A stretch of 51,714 bases of DNA from an uncultured Acidaminococcales bacterium (GTDB lineage: Bacteria > Bacillota > Negativicutes > Acidaminococcales > JAISLQ01), in the NCBI GenBank assembly GCA_964551985.1, contig CAZKFG010000005.1, positions 1 through 51,714 of the forward strand, read 5' to 3'. Shown here one piece after another: positions 19,171 to 28,500 of this stretch (position 1 is its first letter; every line of letters starts with the position of its first letter). The notes under the pieces were generated by a model, which saw only the letters and a program-made list of their open reading frames with translations, had not been told where the DNA came from and searched no databases. Position numbers and translations under genes: made by a program.

Positions 19171-20031
19171 TTACTTTTTTTTAATAGGAATCCAGATTTC
19201 ACTATAGTAATTTTCATCTTGCGTACCCTTTGGATATTCTAACGGATTACTATACATTTCAATATTGTACCCTGCCGCAAATTCGTAATCTCTACAATTT
19301 GGCAGCCATTGAGAAAAAACTTTTTGATTTAGTTCTTGTATAGCATGAGGCATAGCACCGGTGCAGGCAAATATAGCCCAAGTAAATGCAGGAATATTTT
19401 TTATAACAAACCCTTCGGGCACTTTATCCGCTTTATTATAATCGTCTGCTATCAAATATTCAAACTCCCCGCAACCCGCCATATTCTCGTCAATACAAAT
19501 TCCGTATATCCCACATACAACATTGCCCCTGCCTTTTTGATAATGCTCGGTCCAAAACTTTGGTATTTCTGATTTTGCCTCATCGTAGGAGAATTTTCTT
19601 GAAACTCCTATTACTGCAAATGCCTCTTTTTCCACAATCTTATAATCCATAGTAAAACCACCTTTCAAAGTAAACGAAATTATCAAAGGTGCAAAGGATT
19701 TTATCATACTTTTATCCTTGCGTGCAGATGTTGGCGTAATACCGTGAAAACGTGTAAAAGCTTTGGTAAAACTATCCGGAGAATCGTATCCGTATTTAAT
19801 AGCAATATCAATAATCTTTGCATCTGTAGCAATGAGCTCACTACCTGCAAGAGCAAGTCTGCGCTGGCGAATATAATCACTGACCGTAAATCCACAGAGC
19901 ATTGAAAACCCTCTTTGGAAATAAAACGGTGATATTGATATATGATTGGCAATCTTTTCAATACTCAACTCATCCATAAGATTCTCTTCAATATAGCAAA
20001 GCGCTTGGCTAATGCCCTCTATCCATTTCAC
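19171..20031 (-). CDS. AraC-family regulator with C-terminal GyrI-like effector domain
   Basis: YIRQRRLALA, YGYDSPDSFTKAFTRFHGITP; C-terminal WLP...IEMY...EIWIPI. Confidence 0.93.
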   Translation of the reverse strand: MKWIEGISQALCYIEENLMDELSIEKIANHISISPFYFQRGFSMLCGFTVSDYIRQRRLALAGSELIATDAKIIDIAIKYGYDSPDSFTKAFTRFHGITPTSARKDKSMIKSFAPLIISFTLKGGFTMDYKIVEKEAFAVIGVSRKFSYDEAKSEIPKFWTEHYQKGRGNVVCGIYGICIDENMAGCGEFEYLIADDYNKADKVPEGFVIKNIPAFTWAIFACTGAMPHAIQELNQKVFSQWLPNCRDYEFAAGYNIEMYSNPLEYPKGTQDENYYSEIWIPIKKK

Positions 20032-20130
20032 AGTTTTCACCTCATCTATGAGTATATATTATAAGTTTTTTAAAACTCTTTCCCGATTTATTATGCTTTG
20101 TTTTGTCTAGCATCATATAAAATCAACTAC

Positions 20131-20165
20131 AAAACCAGCTGAAAATATAAAACAGCTGGTTTTTG
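20131..20165. terminator. Intrinsic terminator
   Basis: aaaaccagctg...cagctggtttt. Confidence 0.75.
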
Positions 20166-20190
20166 CTAATTATCTAATATGACCAAATAC

Positions 20191-22422
20191 TTATTCACGC
20201 TCTGATGGGTCAATATAAACAACATACATTATTATTTTATCTGCTGTACGCTCAATTACCGAACCGTGCATATCTACAAATTTTGGTGTCCCATCTTTGC
20301 ATTTTACGCGGATAGACAAAAACAGTCTATCCGCACCTTTTTCAACTACCCGCAAAAATGCCTCTTGCGTTTTTGCTACATCATCATGCCAAACAAGCTC
20401 TAAACCGTTTTCACTATGTATTTTTTCCAACTCTTCTTTAGCGGTATAACCACTAAAATTACCAAACCATGTCCCATATTGTTTTACTTTTACAACATTT
20501 CCAATTTCAAATATAGCAATACCACCGGGTATAGCAGACAATAGCGCTTCTAACTTACGATTTGCATATTCAAGTTCACTTTGCACCTTAGTCATTTGTT
20601 CAACATCTGTTACAACACCATAATATATAATTTCCTCATCGCATCGCCCTATAAAAGACAAACTAATGCGCACATGGCGATATGTGCCATCTTTTGCTAA
20701 GAGTCTATAAATAATACTTGTAACTTTTATCTCAGAACGCATCTGCTCTATTGTCTTGTCAAAAAGTGTAATATCATCAGGATGAACAAGCGCAAAAGCA
20801 TTACCGTGTTCCAATTTATCAATTTCGCTTTGACTATAACCTAAAAATGAACAAACCCAGTTATTGCGATGCACAAGGCGTATTCTGTCTGTAAGACAAA
20901 TGCTAAGAACCCCTCCTGGAATAGCATTGACAAATGCCTCTAGCTCTTTTTTGGAATCTTCAACTTCCTGCTTTAGACGATAAGTCTCCTCAACATCAGT
21001 TTCTATTCCGTACATAATTATACTACCCGGTTTACGCGATATAACAGTTACAGACTGAGCAATATGTGTATAGCTACCGTCTTTATGCCGCACTCTATAA
21101 ACAATGCTATTGCTATCATCGCCATCTCTGATAGACTGCACTGCAGCCTTTATATAGTCCATATCGTCTGGATGACAGATTGCCATTGAGCTTTCTTTTT
21201 GCAACTCTTTTAGCTCTTCTTCAGTATAGCCAAGCAAACGATTAAACCATTCGTTACAGTGGGTTGATTTCACTTGAGTATCAGTAAATTCAATCATCAC
21301 AACACAACCCGGTATGTTCTCTAAAAGTGCTTCATAAGGAGTTTTATGTGGAGCTAAATTTTTACCATTAGTATAATCTAACAGTGTCTGCAATGACATA
21401 AGATTATTACCAGGTATACTGTGCCCATGTTGAATATTAGTATCAAAATTAATCAAATAATAACAACACTTACCAGCACGTTTTGCTGAATAAAGTGCAA
21501 TATCAGCCATCTTATACAATTCTTCAAATGTAGAACGTGTCTTACCATAGGCAATACCAATGCTTACAGATATTCGTATATGTTTATCATCACCAGTATG
21601 CAACTGCATCGAATGTAGCAACTCTTGAGCCTTTTTCTCTAAAAATTTTACCGAAAAATCACCTGCCAGCAGCACCATAAACTCGTCTCCGCCAATGCGA
21701 GCAACAGCATCAACATCTCTAAAAGTACTGCGAAGGGTCAATGCCACCTGTTTGAGAACAGCATCCCCTGTCTGATGCCCTAAACGATCGTTAATTTGTT
21801 TAAAATCATCCAAATCAATCATGAAAAGCGCTGTGTTATATTTTGGATTGTAATTATCAATAATTTCAGCAGCGCGACATTCCAGACCATCACGATTTAA
21901 TATTCCTGTAAGCGGATCTGTTTGCATAGTAAAATTCGCCTGCAAATCAGCTTTAAGCTCGCAAACAGTGTTTCCCATAAAACGAAGCGGATAAGCATCA
22001 ACACTTTTGGCTGTAAGTACAGTTGGTGAAGAATGAGTAAACGCTATACGCCAGCACTTATCATCACAACGTGCGCCCACAGTCTGCATAAGCCCGCTGT
22101 ACATAGTCTCGCCGTCAGGCGGAGTATTTGAGACAATAACCTCACCGGAAATGACAGCAACATCTTTACTTAACATATTGACAGTAAAGTTTCTAACTTC
22201 GTAATCAATAACAGAACCAGCAACAGGTAAATAAGAATCACAAAGAACTTGTTTTGCCTCCTCTTTGCCGCGTATAAAACCCTGCTCACCCATGCCTATT
22301 CCCGTATAAGGCTCAGCCATAAGTGCTAAAGCCTCTTCAAATCTGCCTTGTAATCCTGCATCAAGAAAATCATGAAAAAGCTTTGTCAATTCTTGCTCTG
22401 CCGTTTGACTTTGGTAATCCAT
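20191..22422 (-). CDS. Diguanylate cyclase, SnoaL/NTF2-like - GGDEF - 3x PAS
   Basis: N-terminal WRIAFTHSS; DLDDFKQIND, RDVD-x5-GGDEF; three ENIPG/NAIPG/SAIPG...HPDD/WHDD...R..KDG repeats. Confidence 0.88.
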   Translation of the reverse strand: MDYQSQTAEQELTKLFHDFLDAGLQGRFEEALALMAEPYTGIGMGEQGFIRGKEEAKQVLCDSYLPVAGSVIDYEVRNFTVNMLSKDVAVISGEVIVSNTPPDGETMYSGLMQTVGARCDDKCWRIAFTHSSPTVLTAKSVDAYPLRFMGNTVCELKADLQANFTMQTDPLTGILNRDGLECRAAEIIDNYNPKYNTALFMIDLDDFKQINDRLGHQTGDAVLKQVALTLRSTFRDVDAVARIGGDEFMVLLAGDFSVKFLEKKAQELLHSMQLHTGDDKHIRISVSIGIAYGKTRSTFEELYKMADIALYSAKRAGKCCYYLINFDTNIQHGHSIPGNNLMSLQTLLDYTNGKNLAPHKTPYEALLENIPGCVVMIEFTDTQVKSTHCNEWFNRLLGYTEEELKELQKESSMAICHPDDMDYIKAAVQSIRDGDDSNSIVYRVRHKDGSYTHIAQSVTVISRKPGSIIMYGIETDVEETYRLKQEVEDSKKELEAFVNAIPGGVLSICLTDRIRLVHRNNWVCSFLGYSQSEIDKLEHGNAFALVHPDDITLFDKTIEQMRSEIKVTSIIYRLLAKDGTYRHVRISLSFIGRCDEEIIYYGVVTDVEQMTKVQSELEYANRKLEALLSAIPGGIAIFEIGNVVKVKQYGTWFGNFSGYTAKEELEKIHSENGLELVWHDDVAKTQEAFLRVVEKGADRLFLSIRVKCKDGTPKFVDMHGSVIERTADKIIMYVVYIDPSERE

Positions 22423-22634
22423 ATAGACCCCCGCTCCTGATTTGCTCGATTATTTTTTCGTTTCCAAGATATTATAAATATATTTTACTAGATAAATTTG
22501 AGTATATTATAGCATATTTAAAAAACCATGTTAAATATAACGTTTATATATATTTATATAATTTAAGTTTTTAAGCTGTAACTTTATAAAACTGTCAGAA
22601 AACATTGAAAAACTAACATTTTTTGCGCAATAAA

Positions 22635-22682
22635 TAAAGCCGATTAACAGTGATTACTCACAAGCTAATCGGCTAATTTTTT
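22635..22682. terminator. Terminator hairpin closing the post-guaA cluster
   Basis: agccgatta...taatcggct. Confidence 0.65.
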
Positions 22683-22738
22683 GATATTTACTTTAACCTA
22701 CCGTCACCCGCCATTAAATCGGTCATTTGCTCATTTTC

Positions 22739-23020
22739 TTACTGCCTAAACCCCTTCCAAGCAGTATTCTTTTTCTCACGAATTGCAGCACATCCAATTG
22801 GCATATCTGCAAGTTGAGCTATAGACTCATCTAAATCAAAAACCTGCTTTAAAGAGACGATTCGCGCTTCTGCTGCTATATGGCTATCTGCATCACACAA
22901 AAATTGCCAAGAACCATCTTCTTCATCGTGGCTTACGTAGCAAATATCCGCTTTATCTTCTAAAACGTGTTTGCAAGTGAAAACAGCAACGTTTTCTTGT
23001 TCATTAAATGGGGTTTTCAT
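22739..23020 (-). CDS. Small hypothetical protein, DUF2185/Imm33-like
   Basis: VFTCKHVL...VSHDEEDGSWQF...D.SIAQLADMPIG...W pattern; GAGGA RBS; family from memory. Confidence 0.6.
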   Translation of the reverse strand: MKTPFNEQENVAVFTCKHVLEDKADICYVSHDEEDGSWQFLCDADSHIAAEARIVSLKQVFDLDESIAQLADMPIGCAAIREKKNTAWKGFRQ

Positions 23021-23039
23021 AATATAATTTTCCTCGCAT

Positions 23040-23223
23040 AATATAACTTTTCTTCCCTAAACTCTTTTGTTGGAGAGCTATTTTTATCAGTATAGTATAG
23101 ATTTTTATTTATTATCAACAAAATTAACACTACTAAATATCTTCGACAATAATCCTAAGCATATAAATTGTAAAAAGCAAATACACAAAAGTACGGTTGC
23201 TTATAATTTTATTTCTACTAACT
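23040..23223. repeat. Intergenic repeat copy A (promoter, hairpin, guaA-end-like sequence)
   Basis: Aligns colinearly with 23921-24092 and partly with 24723-24781. Confidence 0.85.
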
Positions 23224-23424
23224 TAAAACTCATAAGTTCTCTATGCTTATCAATAATATCTGCAATATAGAATATCTATATAAATTTGCCTAGCTTTTAT
23301 AGTTGCAAATTTTGTTAATATAAAAACAATATCACAAAAAACACGGCTAGAAATTAAAAGTTTATTTATTATTAGTCAAATATAATATAAGCTTAAGATA
23401 TTATTACAATCTGCCCAATTCACT

Positions 23425-23892
23425 TTATGCCTTTGCTTTTTCGTCTTCCAAACGCTCAATCAACATGTCTAGATGATTGCTCCAGTCCTCCCAACTGTCA
23501 CTTTCTCTCCACAACTCTACCAACTCACGTTCATCATCTTCATCTGGAACTTCATTTTTAATGTCGTGAAGATAGCGTAAGAGAAATTCAAGCGCAAACT
23601 TATCGGCAGACAAAGACTTAACCATTGCCCATAAGTTTTCATCTTCATTATCATAATTCAATTTTGCGGTATCCAACCACTCCAAATACAGTTGCGCTAA
23701 TGCCATTGCACTGTTATCATAAAGAGAATCAATTTCTTCAAAGTCCTCGCCAAACATACCGTGTGTTTTTAGCACACCAATCATTTCGCCAAGATTTAAA
23801 GCTGTGTGGGTAGGCAAATAATTATCTGCCAAAATGCCAAGCACATCCAATCCTTCATCGCTTTCCAATGCTTTAATTCCCCATGCTCCCAT
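23425..23892 (-). CDS. DUF4259-like acidic protein
   Basis: N-terminal MGAWG...ESDEGLD and C-terminal ELVELW...W...L..RL. Confidence 0.75.
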   Translation of the reverse strand: MGAWGIKALESDEGLDVLGILADNYLPTHTALNLGEMIGVLKTHGMFGEDFEEIDSLYDNSAMALAQLYLEWLDTAKLNYDNEDENLWAMVKSLSADKFALEFLLRYLHDIKNEVPDEDDERELVELWRESDSWEDWSNHLDMLIERLEDEKAKA

Positions 23893-23920
23893 AAAAATCA
23901 ACTACTTTCTGTATTGGTAA

Positions 23921-24092
23921 AATATAAATTTTTTCTCAAAATCCGTCTCTGATAAGCTGTTTTTATTATTATAGCATAGATTTTTATTTATTATAAACAA
24001 AAATAGCACTACCAAACATCTTTGCCAACAATCCCGTTGTAAAAAACAACCGCACAAAAGTACGGTTGTTTATAATATCATTTTCACTAGCT
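23921..24092. repeat. Intergenic repeat copy B
   Basis: Shares atagatttttatttattat, cactac and cacaaaagtacggttg with copy A. Confidence 0.85.
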
Positions 24093-24170
24093 CTTTGCAA
24101 AAATTATTATGTTTGTTGCTGTCTATAAAGTACATACAAAGCTAGATAATAAACATTTAAAAATACTTTT

Positions 24171-24530
24171 TTACCTATTGCACTCTACCTCCGGAAAATA
24201 GTACCCTTTATCATCACTCCAAGGTATCTGGTAATCATCAAGAGCAAAATCCCATTGACAGTTTGGAATAATATTGCGTATCTCGGTAAGACAATTAGCC
24301 CAATGAATTGCTGATAATATCGATTTTTCTATATCATTAGGCAACTTTGTTGCACCTGAAAAAATTTTTTCAGGTTCATCGTCGTCTAAGTCATATACAT
24401 CAAAATCTTCTCCATCATCTTTATATGGAAATGATGTTTGATATTTTTCTATAACCTCATTAATTTTTTGTTGCTCATCATTGGTCAACCTTGTGTTTCT
24501 AGTAGCATCATAATAGATTGAAACGCCCAT
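24171..24530 (-). CDS. Small acidic hypothetical protein
   Basis: GGAGG RBS before ATG 24530; MGVSIYY...FSGATKLP...HW..CLTEIR...W...LDD..I.W. Confidence 0.7.
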   Translation of the reverse strand: MGVSIYYDATRNTRLTNDEQQKINEVIEKYQTSFPYKDDGEDFDVYDLDDDEPEKIFSGATKLPNDIEKSILSAIHWANCLTEIRNIIPNCQWDFALDDYQIPWSDDKGYYFPEVECNR

Positions 24531-24730
24531 TGTATACCTCCATATTTTTATCAACTTTTATTTTAATGCGCCACTCCTTACAGATGTTGGAGTAAAAGTT
24601 TTTGTATTTCATAACCACCTTCTTGCAAAATATGGTTTTTCTGCTTTGGCCTCTTTCGTTGGAAAGCTTTCTTTACCATTATACAATGCAACTTACAATT
24701 TTTCAGCAAAATTGCCTTTGAACATATACA

Positions 24731-24767
24731 TTGTAAAAAGCAACCGCACAAAAGGCGGTTGCTTACA
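24731..24767 (-). terminator. guaA terminator (repeat copy C)
   Basis: aagcaaccgc-acaaaag-gcggttgctt with a T-run on the minus strand. Confidence 0.85.
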
Positions 24768-24770
24768 GCA

Positions 24771-26309
24771 TTACTCCCACTCAATAGTAGATGGTGGTTT
24801 GCTTGTTATGTCGTAGACAATACGGTTTACACCTTTGACTTCGTTGACTATGCGTCTGGAGATGGTATCTAGCACGTCGTATGGCAAACGCACCCAGTCT
24901 GCTGTCATACCGTCATCGCTTTGCACAATTCTAAGTCCAATTGTGTAATCATAAGTGCGTTCGTCACCCATAACGCCAACGCTTTTCATTGCCGGCAATA
25001 TTGCAAATGATTGCCAGATTTTTGTGTACAGTCCGGCGTTTTTAATTTCTTGATAGACAATATCGTCCGCCAGTCTTAAAATGTCCAAGCGTTCTTTGGT
25101 TATTTCACCAATTATTCTAATGGCAAGTCCAGGACCAGGGAATGGTTGTCTTAGTACTATATGTTCAGGTAGTCCTAGGTTTGCACCGATTATTCTCACT
25201 TCGTCTTTAAATAGCTCACGCAATGGCTCTAAAAGTTTAAATTTCATGTCTTCAGGCAATCCGCCTACATTGTGATGGCTTTTAATCACAGCTGCTGTTG
25301 CAGTGCCACTTTCAATTACGTCAGGATAGACAGTTCCTTGTACAAGATAATCTATTTGCCCAAGTTTGTTTGCCTCATTTTCAAATACACGAATAAATTC
25401 TTCGCCAATCGCTTTACGTTTTGTTTCAGGGTCTGTTACCCCTTTAACTCTACCCATAAAGCGCTCTGTTGCGTCAACATATACAAGGTTCATACCGATT
25501 TCATCGCGGAACACTCTGACAACCTGTTCAGGCTCGTCTTTTCTCATAAAACCGTGATTTACAAAAACACATGTAAGTTGTTCGCCAATCGCTTTGTGTA
25601 CAAGCATTGCGGCAACAGATGAATCTACGCCACCTGACAGGGCGCACAACACTTTTTTATCACCGACAGTTTGTTTAATTTGTTTGATAGTCTCGTCAAT
25701 AAACGAGCTTGTAGTCCAATCCCCTTTAAGTCCTGCAATTTTAAACAAGAAGTTTTCCAGCATTTGCACACCTTGTTCACAGTGTACAACTTCAGGGTGA
25801 AACTGCACAGCGTAGAGTTTTTTAGCTACGTTTTGCATTGCAGCAATCGGTGCGCTATCAGTACAAGCGGTAATACTAAAACCTTCAGGTTCTTTTTCCA
25901 CTTGGTCGTTATGACTCATCCACACTTTTAATGTATTAGTCACGCCTTCTAATACACCTTGATTTAGGCTGACTTGAAGTTTTGTGCTACCATATTCTGA
26001 TACGTCTGATTTTTTCACGATACCGCCAAGTTGCTGTGCCATAAGCTGCATGCCGTAACAAATGCCAAGAACAGGGATACCAAGTTCAAATACAGCGCTA
26101 TCAATCTTTGGTGCGTTAGTTGAGTGAACGCTTTTTGGTCCGCCAGAGAATATTATCGCACGTGGCGCAAGTTCTTTTATTTTATCTAGTGAAATGTTGT
26201 ATGGGTGTATCTCGCAATAGACATTTTTCTCTCTTATGCGTCTTGCGATTAATTGGCTGTACTGCCCACCAAAATCCAATATTAATACCAACTCGTGTCC
26301 TGATTTCAT
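24771..26309 (-). CDS. guaA: GMP synthase (glutamine-hydrolysing)
   Basis: [54 protein letters not shown]. Confidence 0.98.
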   Translation of the reverse strand: MKSGHELVLILDFGGQYSQLIARRIREKNVYCEIHPYNISLDKIKELAPRAIIFSGGPKSVHSTNAPKIDSAVFELGIPVLGICYGMQLMAQQLGGIVKKSDVSEYGSTKLQVSLNQGVLEGVTNTLKVWMSHNDQVEKEPEGFSITACTDSAPIAAMQNVAKKLYAVQFHPEVVHCEQGVQMLENFLFKIAGLKGDWTTSSFIDETIKQIKQTVGDKKVLCALSGGVDSSVAAMLVHKAIGEQLTCVFVNHGFMRKDEPEQVVRVFRDEIGMNLVYVDATERFMGRVKGVTDPETKRKAIGEEFIRVFENEANKLGQIDYLVQGTVYPDVIESGTATAAVIKSHHNVGGLPEDMKFKLLEPLRELFKDEVRIIGANLGLPEHIVLRQPFPGPGLAIRIIGEITKERLDILRLADDIVYQEIKNAGLYTKIWQSFAILPAMKSVGVMGDERTYDYTIGLRIVQSDDGMTADWVRLPYDVLDTISRRIVNEVKGVNRIVYDITSKPPSTIEWE

Positions 26310-26337
26310 ATATTTATTGTCCCCCTTAAAATATTTG

Positions 26338-27369
26338 TTATTTTATTAGTTTTACTACCTGCTCGCGAAGCGCATTTTTGCCGCCAGAATCTAGCAGTTG
26401 GTAAGCAAAAGCAACCGACATCTGGCTCAAAACAAAGTTTCGCAGTTTGTTAAATTTAGCTGCTAACAAATCCTGCTCGCTAAAATCGTAACACTCTATA
26501 GCAATTTTCGCCAGCTCTTTTACGACAATCTTCAGACTAGGCACGGTGAAAACCACCATATGATCACCCATATAGCAGAACCAATTTTGCATTTTCTTGT
26601 AATTAAAACACAAATTTCCCTGCCTGTCAAAAAAACCATATTCTACAGGATCAACCTTGGCAATTACGCATGCACTGCGAATAAAGCCTGCAATCGTCTG
26701 ATAGTTTTGTCTTTTACTTGGTATCACATGTGTTGACGCCTGAGCAAAAACCGCCTGTGGCGCAACTTTTCTATAAATACTCTCAGCTAACGAAAAAATA
26801 TGATGAGCGCCTGTATCTGCCATACCATATTGAGCAAAACAACTATCATCATCAAGCCAAGGTAATATCCACACTTTTGCTAAATCATGGGCAACTTGGG
26901 CAAAAATTATAGTATCTCTATCGACATCTATACCAAACATCTTCTTGTGCATTTTTCTCAAATACAAAGATAAACGCAAATTTTCCTCAACATGTACTAC
27001 AAGTCCGCCAGGATAGGCATGGTGACCATTGTAATTACTACCGCTAGATGCTCCAACATCGACTGTCATTAGCTTTTCACTTGGCAAAAACTGTTTAAAA
27101 TCAATACCGTCATACAAATAGTTTTGTTCTATAAGTTCTTCGTAAAGCTCTTTTTTTTGACTGTCAGTCTTATACATCTGCAAAAAAGATGGCTTTGTCT
27201 GATTAAACATTTCCGCAAGCTGTTTTTTTGTGCGCTCATTTTTAACTTTATCTATCTGCTGCACAAGATATTGTTTTGCCATTTGGACATGAGGAGAACA
27301 AAGAGCCATCTGCAAAGGCGTCATCTGCATAACTTCTTTTAAAGAGTACGTTTTTTGTAACATAAACAC
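26338..27369 (-). CDS. HD-superfamily metal-dependent phosphohydrolase-like protein
   Basis: [11 protein letters not shown]...HDLAK...HH...H...GDH. Confidence 0.7.
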   Translation of the reverse strand: MFMLQKTYSLKEVMQMTPLQMALCSPHVQMAKQYLVQQIDKVKNERTKKQLAEMFNQTKPSFLQMYKTDSQKKELYEELIEQNYLYDGIDFKQFLPSEKLMTVDVGASSGSNYNGHHAYPGGLVVHVEENLRLSLYLRKMHKKMFGIDVDRDTIIFAQVAHDLAKVWILPWLDDDSCFAQYGMADTGAHHIFSLAESIYRKVAPQAVFAQASTHVIPSKRQNYQTIAGFIRSACVIAKVDPVEYGFFDRQGNLCFNYKKMQNWFCYMGDHMVVFTVPSLKIVVKELAKIAIECYDFSEQDLLAAKFNKLRNFVLSQMSVAFAYQLLDSGGKNALREQVVKLIK

Positions 27370-27401
27370 CTCTTGATTTTTATTTATACTATACCATATT
27401 T

Positions 27402-27749
27402 TTAAAAACTAAGCTGTAAAAAAGTTTGGTTTTGTAAAACCCAGTATATAAATAACCCTGTAGCTATCGAAAGCGCTAGCGATTTGGTTTTTATTGATAC
27501 TACATAAACTAAAAGCGCTGCAATAAGCGATATATTATTAAGTTTCAAGTTAAGACCATCTGACCTTACAAATACCTCAGAGAAAATCATTGCACCAAAT
27601 ACTGCTGTCGGAACATACCTTAGCCAGACAGAAAACCATTGCGGTAAATTCAAACGTGACAATACAAAAAATGGTGTTACCCTTGAAAAATAAGTCACTA
27701 CCCCTGTAAAAACAATTATACTCCAAACATAACTTGCGTCCATTTTCAA
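27402..27749 (-). CDS. azlD: AzlD-family membrane protein
   Basis: TYFSRVTPF...LRYVP; overlaps the azlC stop. Confidence 0.85.
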   Translation of the reverse strand: MKMDASYVWSIIVFTGVVTYFSRVTPFFVLSRLNLPQWFSVWLRYVPTAVFGAMIFSEVFVRSDGLNLKLNNISLIAALLVYVVSIKTKSLALSIATGLFIYWVLQNQTFLQLSF

Positions 27750-28420
27750 CCCCTCTTAACAGATTGATATTCAAAATAAGAAAATAATCCACTTGCCAGT
27801 ACTGCCGCTAAAACAACGTGCAATTTATAGCCGATGAACTGCGAGAAAATCACTGCCAAAACCCCTGCACTAATGCCGGTCAATAGCATTTTGCGCTCTG
27901 ATATGTAAAAAGACCACAGTCCGATAAACATAGCGGTAAGCGTAAATGCCACCAAGTTTACATCTATGTAAATAAGTTCACCAAAAATAAAGCCTATGGC
28001 GTTGCTGCAAATCCAAGTCAAATGACAGACAACGTTTAACTTCATCGCCTCATTGGCGCTCCAATCACCCTTTTCAAAGGTAGTCAAGTTGACAGCAAAG
28101 CTCTCGTCGGTAATCTCGTGCGCAAACACTGACAAAAAAGATTGTGATTTTCCTTGCAAAAACTTCAATAAAATAGAGCTAAACAAAAAGTGCCGCAAAT
28201 TGACAATAAATACTGTAAGTACAATCGACAGTGCTGAAGCGCCCTGCATCATCATGGCAATAGAAATAAATTGACCACTTCCGGCATATAAAATAGTACT
28301 AAATGCTATAATTTCAAATAAGCTCATACCAGCTTTTTGGGCAAACACACCACAGGCAATGCCCATTGGAATGTAGCCAATACATACTGGCAGAGCAGTT
28401 TTTATAATTTTAAAGTTCAA
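27746..28420 (-). CDS. azlC: AzlC-family branched-chain amino acid exporter
   Basis: GYIPMGIACG, YAGSGQF, VNLRH, ITDESFA. Confidence 0.92.
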   Translation of the reverse strand: MNFKIIKTALPVCIGYIPMGIACGVFAQKAGMSLFEIIAFSTILYAGSGQFISIAMMMQGASALSIVLTVFIVNLRHFLFSSILLKFLQGKSQSFLSVFAHEITDESFAVNLTTFEKGDWSANEAMKLNVVCHLTWICSNAIGFIFGELIYIDVNLVAFTLTAMFIGLWSFYISERKMLLTGISAGVLAVIFSQFIGYKLHVVLAAVLASGLFSYFEYQSVKRG

Positions 28421-28467
28421 AGACCCACACCCTCAATAGTTTTTAATATTAAAAAGCTCTTGCACGC

Positions 28468-28496
28468 AAAAACATCTTGCCCAGGCAAGATGTTTT
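28468..28496 (-). terminator. Intrinsic terminator
   Basis: aaaacatcttgcc-ca-ggcaagatgtttt. Confidence 0.8.
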
Positions 28497-28500
28497 CACA

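Noticed and set aside
22688-22738. In-frame continuation ENEQMTDLMAGDGRLK after the stop of the 22739-23020 gene
   Set aside because: Only 16 codons; easily chance, with no support for readthrough.
24620-24680. Possible c-di-GMP-I riboswitch (cgaaag, caaagc)
   Set aside because: Lacks the GGCAAA...GACGCAAAG spacing and the second stem; GAAA is in a stem rather than a tetraloop.
23040-24781. Post-guaA repeats as classical integron attC sites or CRISPR repeats
   Set aside because: No RYYYAAC/GTTRRRY ends and no intI or cas; units are long, degenerate and contain a terminator and promoter.
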